Shown here one piece after another: positions 1-7,787 of a stretch of DNA of 25,965 bases (within the stretch, counting starts at the first letter, position 1; each line of letters begins with the position of its first letter). Origin of the DNA: Okeania sp. (GTDB taxonomy: Bacteria; Cyanobacteriota; Cyanobacteriia; Cyanobacteriales; Microcoleaceae); contig NZ_JAYKGW010000081.1 in NCBI RefSeq assembly GCF_035285525.1, positions 1-25,965 of the forward strand, written 5' to 3'. The position numbers were made by a program, and so were the translations under genes. The notes below the pieces were generated by a model. It was given only the letters and a program-made list of their open reading frames with translations. It did no database searches and was not told the DNA's origin.

Positions 1-702
1 CGGAAGAATAACGAGTACAAAAACAAAGATGACATTGGTTTCACCAGAGGTGTTCGTAATACTAATGACTTCTACAACTTTACTCTAGATTCCGATAGCA
101 ACTTCACCCTCACATTAGACCAATTGAAGCGTGATGCTAATGTGATGGTACTCGATGACGAGGGCAACATGGTTCTGAGTGGGTTCAACCCTGGTAATGC
201 TCCAGAATTTGTGAATGGGGAATTAGAAGCTGGAGACTATACTGTTCAAGTATTTCCAGTGGGAGCAGCTAAGACTAACTACTTCCTGAAAATGAACGCC
301 GATCCTATTACTGGCGGTGGTGGTGGAGTGCCAGACCCAGATCCAGTTCCAGAACCTGGAGAAGACCCCGATGGTACTCTAGCTACTGCTAATGACTTGG
401 GCAACTATCAAATGAGCGCACAAAGTGGTGCAGTTGGCTTTAGCGAAGACGGATATGATGATCTTAACGATTATTATAAGTTTACGCTTCCAGCAGCCGA
501 TAATGTGCAGATAGTTTTGGACGATCTAGACCAGAATGCTGATTTAAGTCTCTTAGCTAGCGATGGGTCTATACTCTATACCTCTTCTGAATCAGGTATT
601 GACCCTGAGTTTATTAATGTCTCATTAGATGCTGGTGATTACTACCTGCAAGTTACAGCGGTTGGCAGCGCCCAAACAGATTATACGGTTCAATTTTTCT
701 AA
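1..702 (+). CDS. 3' end of a PPC (pre-peptidase C-terminal, PF04151-type) repeat protein; the 5' part lies upstream of the window
   Basis: Frame 1 is open from nt 1 (RKNNEYKNKDDIGFTRGVRNTNDFYNFTLDSDSNFTLTLDQLKRDANVMVLDDEG...) to TAA 700-702, so the listed ATG at 124 is internal. There are two PPC-type units (D-x-Y-x-F-x-L ... NAD/N-h-x-h-x-D-x-x-G ... GDY-h-x-V ... Y-x-h) joined by a GGGGVPDPDPVPEPGEDPDG linker. The repeat type matches the next gene. Confidence 0.8.
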   Translation, partial: RKNNEYKNKDDIGFTRGVRNTNDFYNFTLDSDSNFTLTLDQLKRDANVMVLDDEGNMVLSGFNPGNAPEFVNGELEAGDYTVQVFPVGAAKTNYFLKMNADPITGGGGGVPDPDPVPEPGEDPDGTLATANDLGNYQMSAQSGAVGFSEDGYDDLNDYYKFTLPAADNVQIVLDDLDQNADLSLLASDGSILYTSSESGIDPEFINVSLDAGDYYLQVTAVGSAQTDYTVQFF

Positions 703-770
703 GCTCGTCTTGTAGTAAGCGTTTTAGCACTAAAATAATTAACTTTGTAGAGATTGCTTCGGCTAGTAAA

Positions 771-799
771 TTGACTCTTTTTTTAAGGTTGAGTGTAAT
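771..799 (+). promoter_or_regulatory. candidate sigma70-type promoter for the 918-4352 gene
   Basis: TTGACT (771-776), 17 nt, TGTAAT (794-799), about 120 nt upstream of ATG 918. An AAGGAAG Shine-Dalgarno-like motif lies at 905-911. Motif match only. Confidence 0.35.
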
Positions 800-917
800 A
801 TTACCGCCTCCCTGCGGACAAGCACAATCTTTTTAATCGGTACTTTATTTAGTTGCAAATCCCTTACTACTAATTAACTCAAACTAAAAATTTTCAACAA
901 AACAAAGGAAGAAAACA

Positions 918-3900
918 ATGGCAGAGATTCTTCAAGGTTCCTCTAATGGCTCCTGGGGCAAAGCTGACCCCGGGCCCAACCCCAGTCCCAAACTTTATCC
1001 TGGAGACCCCGATACCACTTTTCGTTGGGGAAAACCAGCTTTCGATGACTTAGAGCCAAATGGTTTAATCTTTACTGGAGGAAGTTTTACTGGGGAAATT
1101 GGTGAGCAGTTTGAAATAGGTAAGCTCAACTACTTTAATGGTTCTATTTATGTAGAAACAGCAGTAGAGTCTGTACCACTGGAAATCGAATTAGATTTAG
1201 ACGTTCCCACAGATGAGACTACTACTTTCACTTTCGATTTAGACTTAGATACGACTTTAGATACCTCCGATGACATAGACCTGTGGTCTGATTTCGTCTA
1301 TTTTCCAGAAGTGTTGCCATCGGAAACTTTCAACATTGATGGGAAAAAATACACCCTAGAATTAACTGGCTTTAGTAAAGATGGGGGGGAAACTCTAGAA
1401 AACCGTTTCCGAGTCAGGGAACAAGAAGCAGATGTAGCCAGTTTATTTGGGAAAATCACCAAGGCGCCTATAGGCGATGTCAAAGATCCGAATGCTTACC
1501 CAGAGGGTGCTGTTGATATTGGCGACTTGAACAAACGAACCAAAGAATACCGTAATACCGAGGAAATTGGTTTTACTGAAGGTGGTATTCGTGACTTACA
1601 GGATTTCTACAGTTTTAGTCTGAGTAAGGAAAGTGAGGTTGACATCACTTTAGACCAACTCAAGCAAAATGCTAACGTGGAAATTGTGGATGGAGATGGC
1701 AGCACAGTATTATTCCAATCAGTAGAACTGAACCGGAAAAAGGAAAATATTACCGAAAATTTAGAACCAGGTGAATATTTCATCCGGGTTTATCCTGAAG
1801 GAGATGACCGCACTAAATACCGCTTGGGTGTAAATGCTGAAGCACTGGACAACGAAAAAGACGAAATTGCTACTGCGAAAGACCTGGGCAATATTGGACT
1901 GGAAGAGGTAACTGAACTCGACCGGGTAGGCTTCGGCAAGGGTAAAAACCGGGACGAACAAGACTACTACAAATTCAGCCTCAACGAAAAAAGCGACTTT
2001 TTCCTGACTTTAGACCAACTGAAAGGAAATGCCAACGTTGAAGTTTTAGATGATGATGGTACTACCGTTCTTTACCAGTCTCTTAACAGTAGCCGTAAAG
2101 CAGAAAAGATTCGCGAAGAATTAAATCCTGGAGACTATTACGTTCGTGTCTTTCCTCAAGGTAGTGCCAAGACAGACTATCGGTTGGGTCTAAGTGCCAA
2201 TCCGATGATTGATGAACAGGATGACAAATCACCAGGTATTGATTTAGGAACAGTTACTGAGCTGACCCCTGTCGGCAAAACTGATAAGCTCGGTAGCAAC
2301 AAAGACCAGGTGGACTGGTACAACTTTACTATACCTGTAGAGAGCGATGTCAACATTACCTTAAATAAACTCAGGGCAGACCTGAACATAGAAGTATTCG
2401 ATGACGGTGGTGAAATAGTTGATGATAGCACGAACACTGGTAAAAAGACAGAAACAATTGAATTAGAAGAGCTAGACGCGGGAACTTACACAGTGAAAGT
2501 TTCTCAAGGTAAGGCTGGTGCTAAGAGTAACTATCGCTTGGGTATAACTGCTGCTGTTCCTTACGTTGACGACTATCCCACTCCAGAAGAATCTCTGGAT
2601 TTAGGGTTGGTTCCTGAAGGGGAGACAATAGTCTTCAACAACGAGATGGGTCGTACAGTGGGTCGTTCTGGTCGGGACGAACGGGACTGGATTAAGTTTG
2701 AAGTTTCTGAAGAGAGCTTTGTTGATATCAACTTAGGTCGTCTGCGTCAAGATCTAAATATGACATTGTATGATGATGATGGCGCTACTGTTCTCAATAA
2801 TGCCCGCAGTAAGAGTCGCAAAAGCGAAAATCTTGGTGTCTTTTTGGAAGAGGGTACTTACTACGTTGAAGTCAAACCTCAGGATAATCAGCGTAGTGAC
2901 TATCGGTTCTCAGTTAATATAGAGGGACTTCCTGATGACGGAGGGTTTGAAGTTGGTGACCTTCTAGCTCAAGGTGGTAGCTACAGCAAGTTAGGGGAAA
3001 AAATCGGCTTTACTTCTAGCGGAATCCGCAACGTGGTCGATCGTTATAAATTTACCCTCACTGAGGAGAGCGATGTAGAGATTGACCTGACAGGGTTGAA
3101 AGCAGATGCTAACCTCGCCTTGTACAGTGACGATGGTACTTTCTTACGTGATTCCCGTCAGAGTGGTCGTAGCAACGAAAACATTAGCGACACTCTAGAA
3201 ACTGGTGATTATTATGTATATGTAACACCACAGGGCAATACTAAAACCAAGTACGATTTGGATATTTTTGCTACTGGTGCAGGTCCTGACTTAGATGGTG
3301 GTCCCGTACCGGAAACCTCTTTGTACAATGATATTGGGACTCTCACTGAAGATTACAGTAAGTTTGAGAATGTTGGTTTCGGAACAGGTACTAATCGTGA
3401 CGAAGTAGATTTCTATCGCTTCATCCTCAGCGAAGAGAAGACCCTGAATATCACTTTAGAAAATCTGACCGATAACATCAATCTGGAATTGCTGGATAAC
3501 TCTGGTGCAACCATTTTTGATTCTCGCAACTCTGGTAAGAAGAACGAACAAATCAATGAAGATTTAGATCCTGGTACTTACTACATAGGTGTTGAGCCTC
3601 AAGGCAGCGCTCGTGGTGCTTACAACTTGAATATTACTGGTGCAGGGTCTGGTTCTAGTATCGATCCAGACGGTGGTAAACCTCCAGAAAACGTCAATGA
3701 TATCGGCGTTCTGACTGCTTACGAAGAAAGCGATACCATTGGTTTCACTACAAGCTATCGCGATGTTAATGACTACCGTAAGTTCACTTTAAGTCAGGAG
3801 AGCAAGGTTGACATCAATTTAACTAACTTGAATGCCAACGCTGACTTAGAGTTACTTGATAGCGATGGTCTGACATTATTAAACCGTTCTGCTAAAGGTG

Positions 3901-4352
3901 GTAGCACCGATGAAAAAATCAATACTACTTTAGAAGTTGGCGATTATTATGTGCGGGTATTACCGAAGGGTGCTGCTAAAACCAGCTATCAGCTAAATAT
4001 GAGTGCAAATGGAGTAGGGGGAACAGAAGACGACACCCCACCAGGAATTTCTCTTGGTACTGTTACTGATTCACTCACTCAGGGAGGCAACCTTGGCTTC
4101 GGTTCTGATACTAATGACTATTACAACTTTGATGTTGCTACTCCTGGTTTTGTTAGCGTCGCACTTGATGGACTCATTGCCAACGCTGACCTAGAGCTAT
4201 ATGATAGCACTGGTAACGTATTAATTGGTAGTTCCACCAACTCTGGAAGCACTGCTGAAGAAATTGATACTTTCTTGAATGCTGATACCTACGTTGTTCG
4301 TGTATTTGGTCAAGGTAATCAAACTTTCTATGACTTAAGCGTTTCCATTTAA
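918..4352 (+). CDS. large acidic repeat protein: choice-of-anchor-like N-terminal domain plus 8 tandem PPC domains, with no catalytic domain and no signal peptide
   Basis: 1144-aa ORF with an SD-like AAGGAAG 7 nt upstream of the ATG. Residues 1 to ~185 (FRWGKP...LIFTGGSF...FEIGKLNYFNGSIY...YTLELTGFS) resemble what I recall as the choice-of-anchor K N-domain; this needs an HMM check. Eight units of ~105-115 aa follow, each with DxYxFxL, LxxNAN/D-h-E-h-xDxxG, G(D/T)YY-h-xV and YxL signatures typical of PPC domains. The N-terminus MAEILQGSSNGSWGK has no hydrophobic stretch. Confidence 0.85.
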   Translation: MAEILQGSSNGSWGKADPGPNPSPKLYPGDPDTTFRWGKPAFDDLEPNGLIFTGGSFTGEIGEQFEIGKLNYFNGSIYVETAVESVPLEIELDLDVPTDETTTFTFDLDLDTTLDTSDDIDLWSDFVYFPEVLPSETFNIDGKKYTLELTGFSKDGGETLENRFRVREQEADVASLFGKITKAPIGDVKDPNAYPEGAVDIGDLNKRTKEYRNTEEIGFTEGGIRDLQDFYSFSLSKESEVDITLDQLKQNANVEIVDGDGSTVLFQSVELNRKKENITENLEPGEYFIRVYPEGDDRTKYRLGVNAEALDNEKDEIATAKDLGNIGLEEVTELDRVGFGKGKNRDEQDYYKFSLNEKSDFFLTLDQLKGNANVEVLDDDGTTVLYQSLNSSRKAEKIREELNPGDYYVRVFPQGSAKTDYRLGLSANPMIDEQDDKSPGIDLGTVTELTPVGKTDKLGSNKDQVDWYNFTIPVESDVNITLNKLRADLNIEVFDDGGEIVDDSTNTGKKTETIELEELDAGTYTVKVSQGKAGAKSNYRLGITAAVPYVDDYPTPEESLDLGLVPEGETIVFNNEMGRTVGRSGRDERDWIKFEVSEESFVDINLGRLRQDLNMTLYDDDGATVLNNARSKSRKSENLGVFLEEGTYYVEVKPQDNQRSDYRFSVNIEGLPDDGGFEVGDLLAQGGSYSKLGEKIGFTSSGIRNVVDRYKFTLTEESDVEIDLTGLKADANLALYSDDGTFLRDSRQSGRSNENISDTLETGDYYVYVTPQGNTKTKYDLDIFATGAGPDLDGGPVPETSLYNDIGTLTEDYSKFENVGFGTGTNRDEVDFYRFILSEEKTLNITLENLTDNINLELLDNSGATIFDSRNSGKKNEQINEDLDPGTYYIGVEPQGSARGAYNLNITGAGSGSSIDPDGGKPPENVNDIGVLTAYEESDTIGFTTSYRDVNDYRKFTLSQESKVDINLTNLNANADLELLDSDGLTLLNRSAKGGSTDEKINTTLEVGDYYVRVLPKGAAKTSYQLNMSANGVGGTEDDTPPGISLGTVTDSLTQGGNLGFGSDTNDYYNFDVATPGFVSVALDGLIANADLELYDSTGNVLIGSSTNSGSTAEEIDTFLNADTYVVRVFGQGNQTFYDLSVSI

Positions 4353-4395
4353 TAGTGGTAGTAGGAGGGCGATAGTCTTTCTACCTCATTTTGAT

Positions 4396-4418
4396 AGAAT
4401 AGACAAACTGTCTATTCT
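4396..4418 (+). terminator. possible rho-independent terminator after the PPC-array gene
   Basis: AGAATAGAC (4396-4404) pairs with GTCTATTCT (4410-4418) around a 5-nt loop, followed by a T-rich stretch (gcctttaattttcctatttt). The stem is AT-rich and there is no clean U-run. Confidence 0.35.
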
Positions 4419-4491
4419 GCCTTTAATTTTCCTATTTTCAGCATTGGTAGTGCATCTAGTGTTTTCACACAAAACTTAAGTATAGGAAGCT

Positions 4492-4557
4492 AGAAACCTG
4501 GTTTTTCCTAGATGTCTATTGTCAAAAACAATGATTTATCTGGGAAACCGGGTTTCT
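4492..4557. repeat. small dispersed repeat: AGAAACC(n)GG ... tagatgtctattgtcaaaaacaatgattta ... ACCGGGTTTCT
   Basis: Long-range inverted arms flank a core that recurs almost verbatim at 23011-23060 (agatgtttattgtcaaaaacaatgatttac). The AGAAACCCGGTTTCT palindrome also occurs at 11110-11125 and 17219-17232. Confidence 0.7.
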
Positions 4558-4788
4558 TTTTATTTATCCCCCTTTGATGCGCTATCCCTGATCAGGAACT
4601 CCTGAAACCCTTGTGGGAGCAGGGGAGAAGGGAGAAAACATCATACTAGCTAAGTAAAACTGCTTAAGCGATCGCTCTTCTAATGTGTTTTTTTATACAT
4701 TTTTCTCCAGAAAAAGGCGAACTAAGACTTACACATAACTGGTCATTAATGCCCAAGTTTTATGAAAAGCGAGAGATGTTTATAAAGC

Positions 4789-4874
4789 ATAGCTTTGAAA
4801 GGGGGGCAGAAGAGATAGCTTTGAAAGGGGGGCAGAAGGTATCCCCACAACCCCCCTTTGAAAGGGGGTAGAAG
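4789..4874 (+). repeat. 26-bp-period tandem repeat (ATAGCTTTGAAAGGGGGGCAGAAG x2 plus a degenerate palindromic third unit)
   Basis: Units at 4789-4812 and 4815-4838 are identical. 4853-4874 contains cccctttgaaagggggtagaag. Related gaaagggggg motifs occur at 21850-21880 and 21975-22000. This repeat explains the spurious ORF 4683-4871. Confidence 0.75.
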
Positions 4875-4945
4875 ATGCAAAGTTTTTCATTAACTAATTA
4901 TGCGGATTCTATATCAGTCCTGATTGATTAGTACAGCCGAAAATT

Positions 4946-4972
4946 GTAGGGGTTTGGTCTCCAAACCCCCCA
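4946..4972. repeat. GTAGGGGTTTGG-loop-CCAAACCCC hairpin repeat
   Basis: A 9-bp stem GGGGTTTGG/CCAAACCCC (4949-4957 and 4961-4969). The same motif occurs at 12445-12501. Confidence 0.6.
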
Positions 4973-5014
4973 CGAGTTCATAGTCGTTATTCCATATTCC
5001 TCAAAAAAAAAATT

Positions 5015-6967
5015 ATGGCCAAGACAACTAAAAGCCAAATAACCAAAGTAGTAGATAACAAAGGCGGTTTAGACCCAGACATAGTAGACGTAACTATTGT
5101 ACCTGGAGATGATGTCACAATTGACATCACTGCCAACGTTACGAAAAACAGTTCCACAAAGCAACCTCTAGACCTAGTTTTTCTCGCCGACCTTTCCGGT
5201 TCCTATAGCGATGACTTGCCAGTATTGCGGGACTTAGTTCCCAAGCTGGTTTCCTCTGTTCGAGATGTCCAGCCAAATAGTCAATTTGGTTTAGCATCTT
5301 ATGTTGACAAACCAAAGTCTCCCTTTGGCAATAGCGGGAGCGGGGACTATGTATATAAGACAGAGCAAGAACTAACCAAATCTAAGAACGATTTTCAAGA
5401 CGCGATGGATAGCTTGAAAACTAGAGTTGGTGGGGACTTTCCAGAATCTCAACTTGAGGCATTAATGCAGGTAGCTCTCAGGGAGGAAGAAGTAGGCTAC
5501 CGTAAGAACTCTCGCAAGGTGGTGGTTCTCTCTACTGATGCTGACTATCACGAAGCAGGAGACGGAAAGAAAGGAGGTATCACAACTCCTAATAATGGGG
5601 ATGCAGTTCTTGATGGTACACCAGCAGGTACAGGGGAAGATTATCCCAGTGTTGCTCAAGTCAGAGATGCTTTGCAAGAAGCAGGTGTGGTTCCGATTTT
5701 TGCTGTTACTAGCAATCAGAAAACAAACTACGAAAAACTGGTTGATAAATTAGGTTTTGGTGCAGTAGAAGTATTATCGCGAGATAGTTCTAACTTAGTC
5801 AAAGTAGTAACCAATGGTTTAGAAGAAATCTTCAGCGATTTAACCATGGTATCTCAAAGTGATGATTTTGGTTACGTTAAAAAAATTAAGCCTGCTACTT
5901 ACGAAAACGTCCGTTCTGGGGAAAGTCGCACTTTTGAAGTGACACTGGGTACAAAAGATATGACTGCTGGTGAAGACAGTCTTTCTTTAGAAGTATTGGG
6001 TTACGGAGAAACTGTGGTTAATGTTAGCACTTTTGTGAATACAGACCCTGTAGCGAGAAATGACAAGAATAAGAAAAAACTCACCACCGATGAGGGTAAA
6101 AAATTGATCATTAGACCAGGAGTATTACTGGCAAATGATACAGATGCAGATGGTGACAAGCTAAGTATTACCAAGGTCAGCAATGCAGACAATGGTAAAG
6201 TGAAACTTGCCAAAAACGGTAAAATAACTTTTACCCCTGATAAAAACTTTAGTGGTAACGCAAGTTTTGAATACATTGTTGATGACGGCAATGGAGGTAC
6301 TGATACTGCTAAAGTTACTGTCAAAGTAGAGGAAGGTAATAATAAGCCAGTTGCAAAGGATGACGCCACTTTTTTCTTCTGGAATAAAGCTCGTACTATT
6401 GAAGCAGAAGATTTATTAGAGAATGATAAGGATAAAGATGGCGATAAGTTGACTATTACTAAAGTCAGCAAACCTACAAACGGAACAGTGAAATTAGATA
6501 AAAAAAGTGGTGAAATAACTTTCACTCCTGATACAGACGTTATCAAGGGGAGTTTTGAGTACACTATTAGCGATGGGAAAGGTGGTCGAGATACGGCTAA
6601 AGTAGAGCTGGGAGCGCTCGGAGACCGTTCGGCGATCATGCCTCGTTCTGCTAAAGTAGATGACTTAACTGGTGCAGAAGAAGGAGAACGCTTTGTTTAC
6701 GACGACTTGCTAGATGCGGGCAACAATATCACTAACTTTGAAGTAGGTGACGATATCATTGTTCTTAGCAATGTATTAGGAAGTGTTGGTTATGAAGGCA
6801 GTGATGCGATCGCTGACGAGTATGTTCGAGTTGTATCCAAAGGTGCAGGAGCGATGGTGCAGATTGATCCCGATGGTCCAGAAGGTCCTGAAGGCTTTGC
6901 TCCATTCCTTTCTGTGAGAGGAGTAACAGCAGAAGTTTTAAATGACTCTAGTAACTTCGCGTTTTAA
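5015..6967 (+). CDS. secreted adhesin-like protein: integrin-beta-like hybrid/betaI (VWA) head, 2 cadherin-like repeats and a type I secretion C-terminal target domain
   Basis: 650-aa ORF. Residues ~50-275 align along their length with my memory of the human integrin beta3 betaI domain (details in findings): [62 protein letters not shown]...[19 protein letters not shown]. Residues ~344-438 and ~443-532 are two [18 protein letters not shown]...G.V.L...G.ITFTPD...G..SFEY...DG.GG.DTAKV units of cadherin-like/VCBS type. Residues ~545-650 ([16 protein letters not shown]...[16 protein letters not shown]...YVRVV...[10 protein letters not shown]...FLSVRGV) look like the VC_A0849-subclass T1SS C-terminal domain. 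There is no N-terminal signal peptide. Confidence 0.85.
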   Translation: [650 protein letters not shown]

Positions 6968-6987
6968 TCTAACCAGAGAAAGATGAT

Positions 6988-7030
6988 ATAGGTAGTACAG
7001 GCAAAATGCCTATGCTACCTATGTTTTTTT
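6988..7030 (+). terminator. rho-independent terminator after the integrin-beta-like gene
   Basis: ATAGGTAG (6988-6995) pairs with CTACCTAT (7015-7022), with an inner AGGC/GCCT pairing. A T7 run follows at 7024-7030, about 20 nt after the stop codon. Confidence 0.6.
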
Positions 7031-7071
7031 AGTTATAGCGTCTATTCAGAGAAACAGGGATAATCACTTCA

Positions 7072-7178
7072 TACAGAGCTTTTCAAATGAATGAACCACA
7101 TCGCCATAACCTTGCATCTTGTAGGGACGTTCCATGGAACGTCCCTACTGTGGTTTACTAATTATGAAAACCGCTGTA
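7072..7178 (+). mobile_element. MITE family A copy (107 bp)
   Basis: Terminal inverted repeats TACAGaGCTTTTCA ... TGAAAACCGCTGTA. The core is a perfect 28-bp palindrome GTAGGGACGTTCCATGGAACGTCCCTAC (7121-7148). A second copy lies at 8211-8358 and a core-only copy at 11048-11075. Confidence 0.75.
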
Positions 7179-7249
7179 ATCCCCTGCTTACTTGCTAAAG
7201 GCGATCGCGACTTCCACCAACATCTTGAAAAACCATAGCATCAGATTTG

Positions 7250-7302
7250 CTGAAAAAAGCAGAGTTTTGAACCCACCCCTAACCCTTTTCAGGAGGGGAA
7301 AA
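7250..7302 (+). repeat. dispersed repeat family F (…AGTTTTGAACCCACCCCTAACCC.T.TCAGGAGGGGAAA)
   Basis: Matches the reverse complement of 8901-8951 with a few mismatches or indels. The two copies are in inverted orientation around the decayed 7.3-8.9 kb zone. Confidence 0.65.
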
Positions 7303-7569
7303 TAGAGAAAGTAGAAAGAATAAATGTTCCTTGATTTTTATATCCAACTCTTACCCAAAATCCTAATTTTTTGGTAGCTCAAGCTGGAAAAGTTACACTT
7401 TTTTTCACTCCTTAAAAGCACTTTTCTTGATCTGTAAATCTCAAAGTATTTACAGCTTTCTACTATATCATAATTCTACCTTATCGTCACTACTCTTCAG
7501 CCAATGCTATTGCCAAAGCTACTCCGTTGAAGTATAATTAATAATTTATTTAAAAATAAAAAAATTATT

Positions 7570-7674
7570 ATGACAACCGAACAAAAAATAGCTAATTTAT
7601 TTCAAATGACAGATGAAGTTTGGGCACGTTATGCTAATCCTTGGAGTGGATTAACTAGATTTTCTATATTACTT
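7570..7674 (+). pseudogene. N-terminal remnant of a small conserved membrane-protein gene, truncated by MITE insertions
   Basis: MTTEQKIANLFQMTDEVWARYANPWSGLTRFSILL resembles the (H/Y)ANPWS...TR N-terminus of a small membrane-protein family I recall as DUF6653 (uncertain). The reading frame runs straight into MITE C at 7675, MITE B follows at 7788, and no continuation is visible. Confidence 0.3.
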
Positions 7675-7763
7675 AGGACTTACGCAAAGGGACTATATAT
7701 AGCGTATCGGTGCGTGACACTGACGTTAACGCACCCTACTAATAGCGTTCATGCGTAAGTCCT
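7675..7763. mobile_element. MITE/SDR family C copy (89 bp), with AGGACTTACGCA ... TGCGTAAGTCCT termini
   Basis: Perfect 12-bp terminal inverted repeats at 7675-7686 and 7752-7763. TTACTT is present on both flanks (7669-7674 and 7765-7770). The same termini recur at 11088-11137, 17204-17243, 22924-22969 and 22981-23072 with different internal cargo. Confidence 0.7.
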
Positions 7764-7787
7764 GTTACTTTTAATTATTGTTTCTAT

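Noticed and set aside
1298-2437. Three minus-strand ORFs of 61-86 aa (1298-1483, 1761-1961, 2177-2437) inside the PPC-array gene
   Set aside because: All are antisense to a strongly supported repeat protein and have no motifs or RBS. Treated as shadow ORFs. The same reasoning applies to 5462-5677, 5538-5753, 13264-13458, 15944-16165 and 17650-17898.
4683-4871. 62-aa ORF in the spacer before the integrin-beta-like gene
   Set aside because: It runs through the 26-bp tandem repeat and other dispersed repeats (repeated SFERGAEE/ALKGGQK), and no coding signal is present. The other spacer ORFs, at 8721-8912, 10957-11139, 12585-12767 and 21443-21646, likewise read through repeats or overlap a real gene start.
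6001-6639. 212-aa ORF on the minus strand inside the integrin-beta-like/cadherin-like gene
   Set aside because: It lies entirely antisense to a well-supported CDS. Its product is low-complexity (S/L/P/V-rich) with no recognisable motifs. Long antisense ORFs are expected opposite repeat-rich acidic coding sequence.
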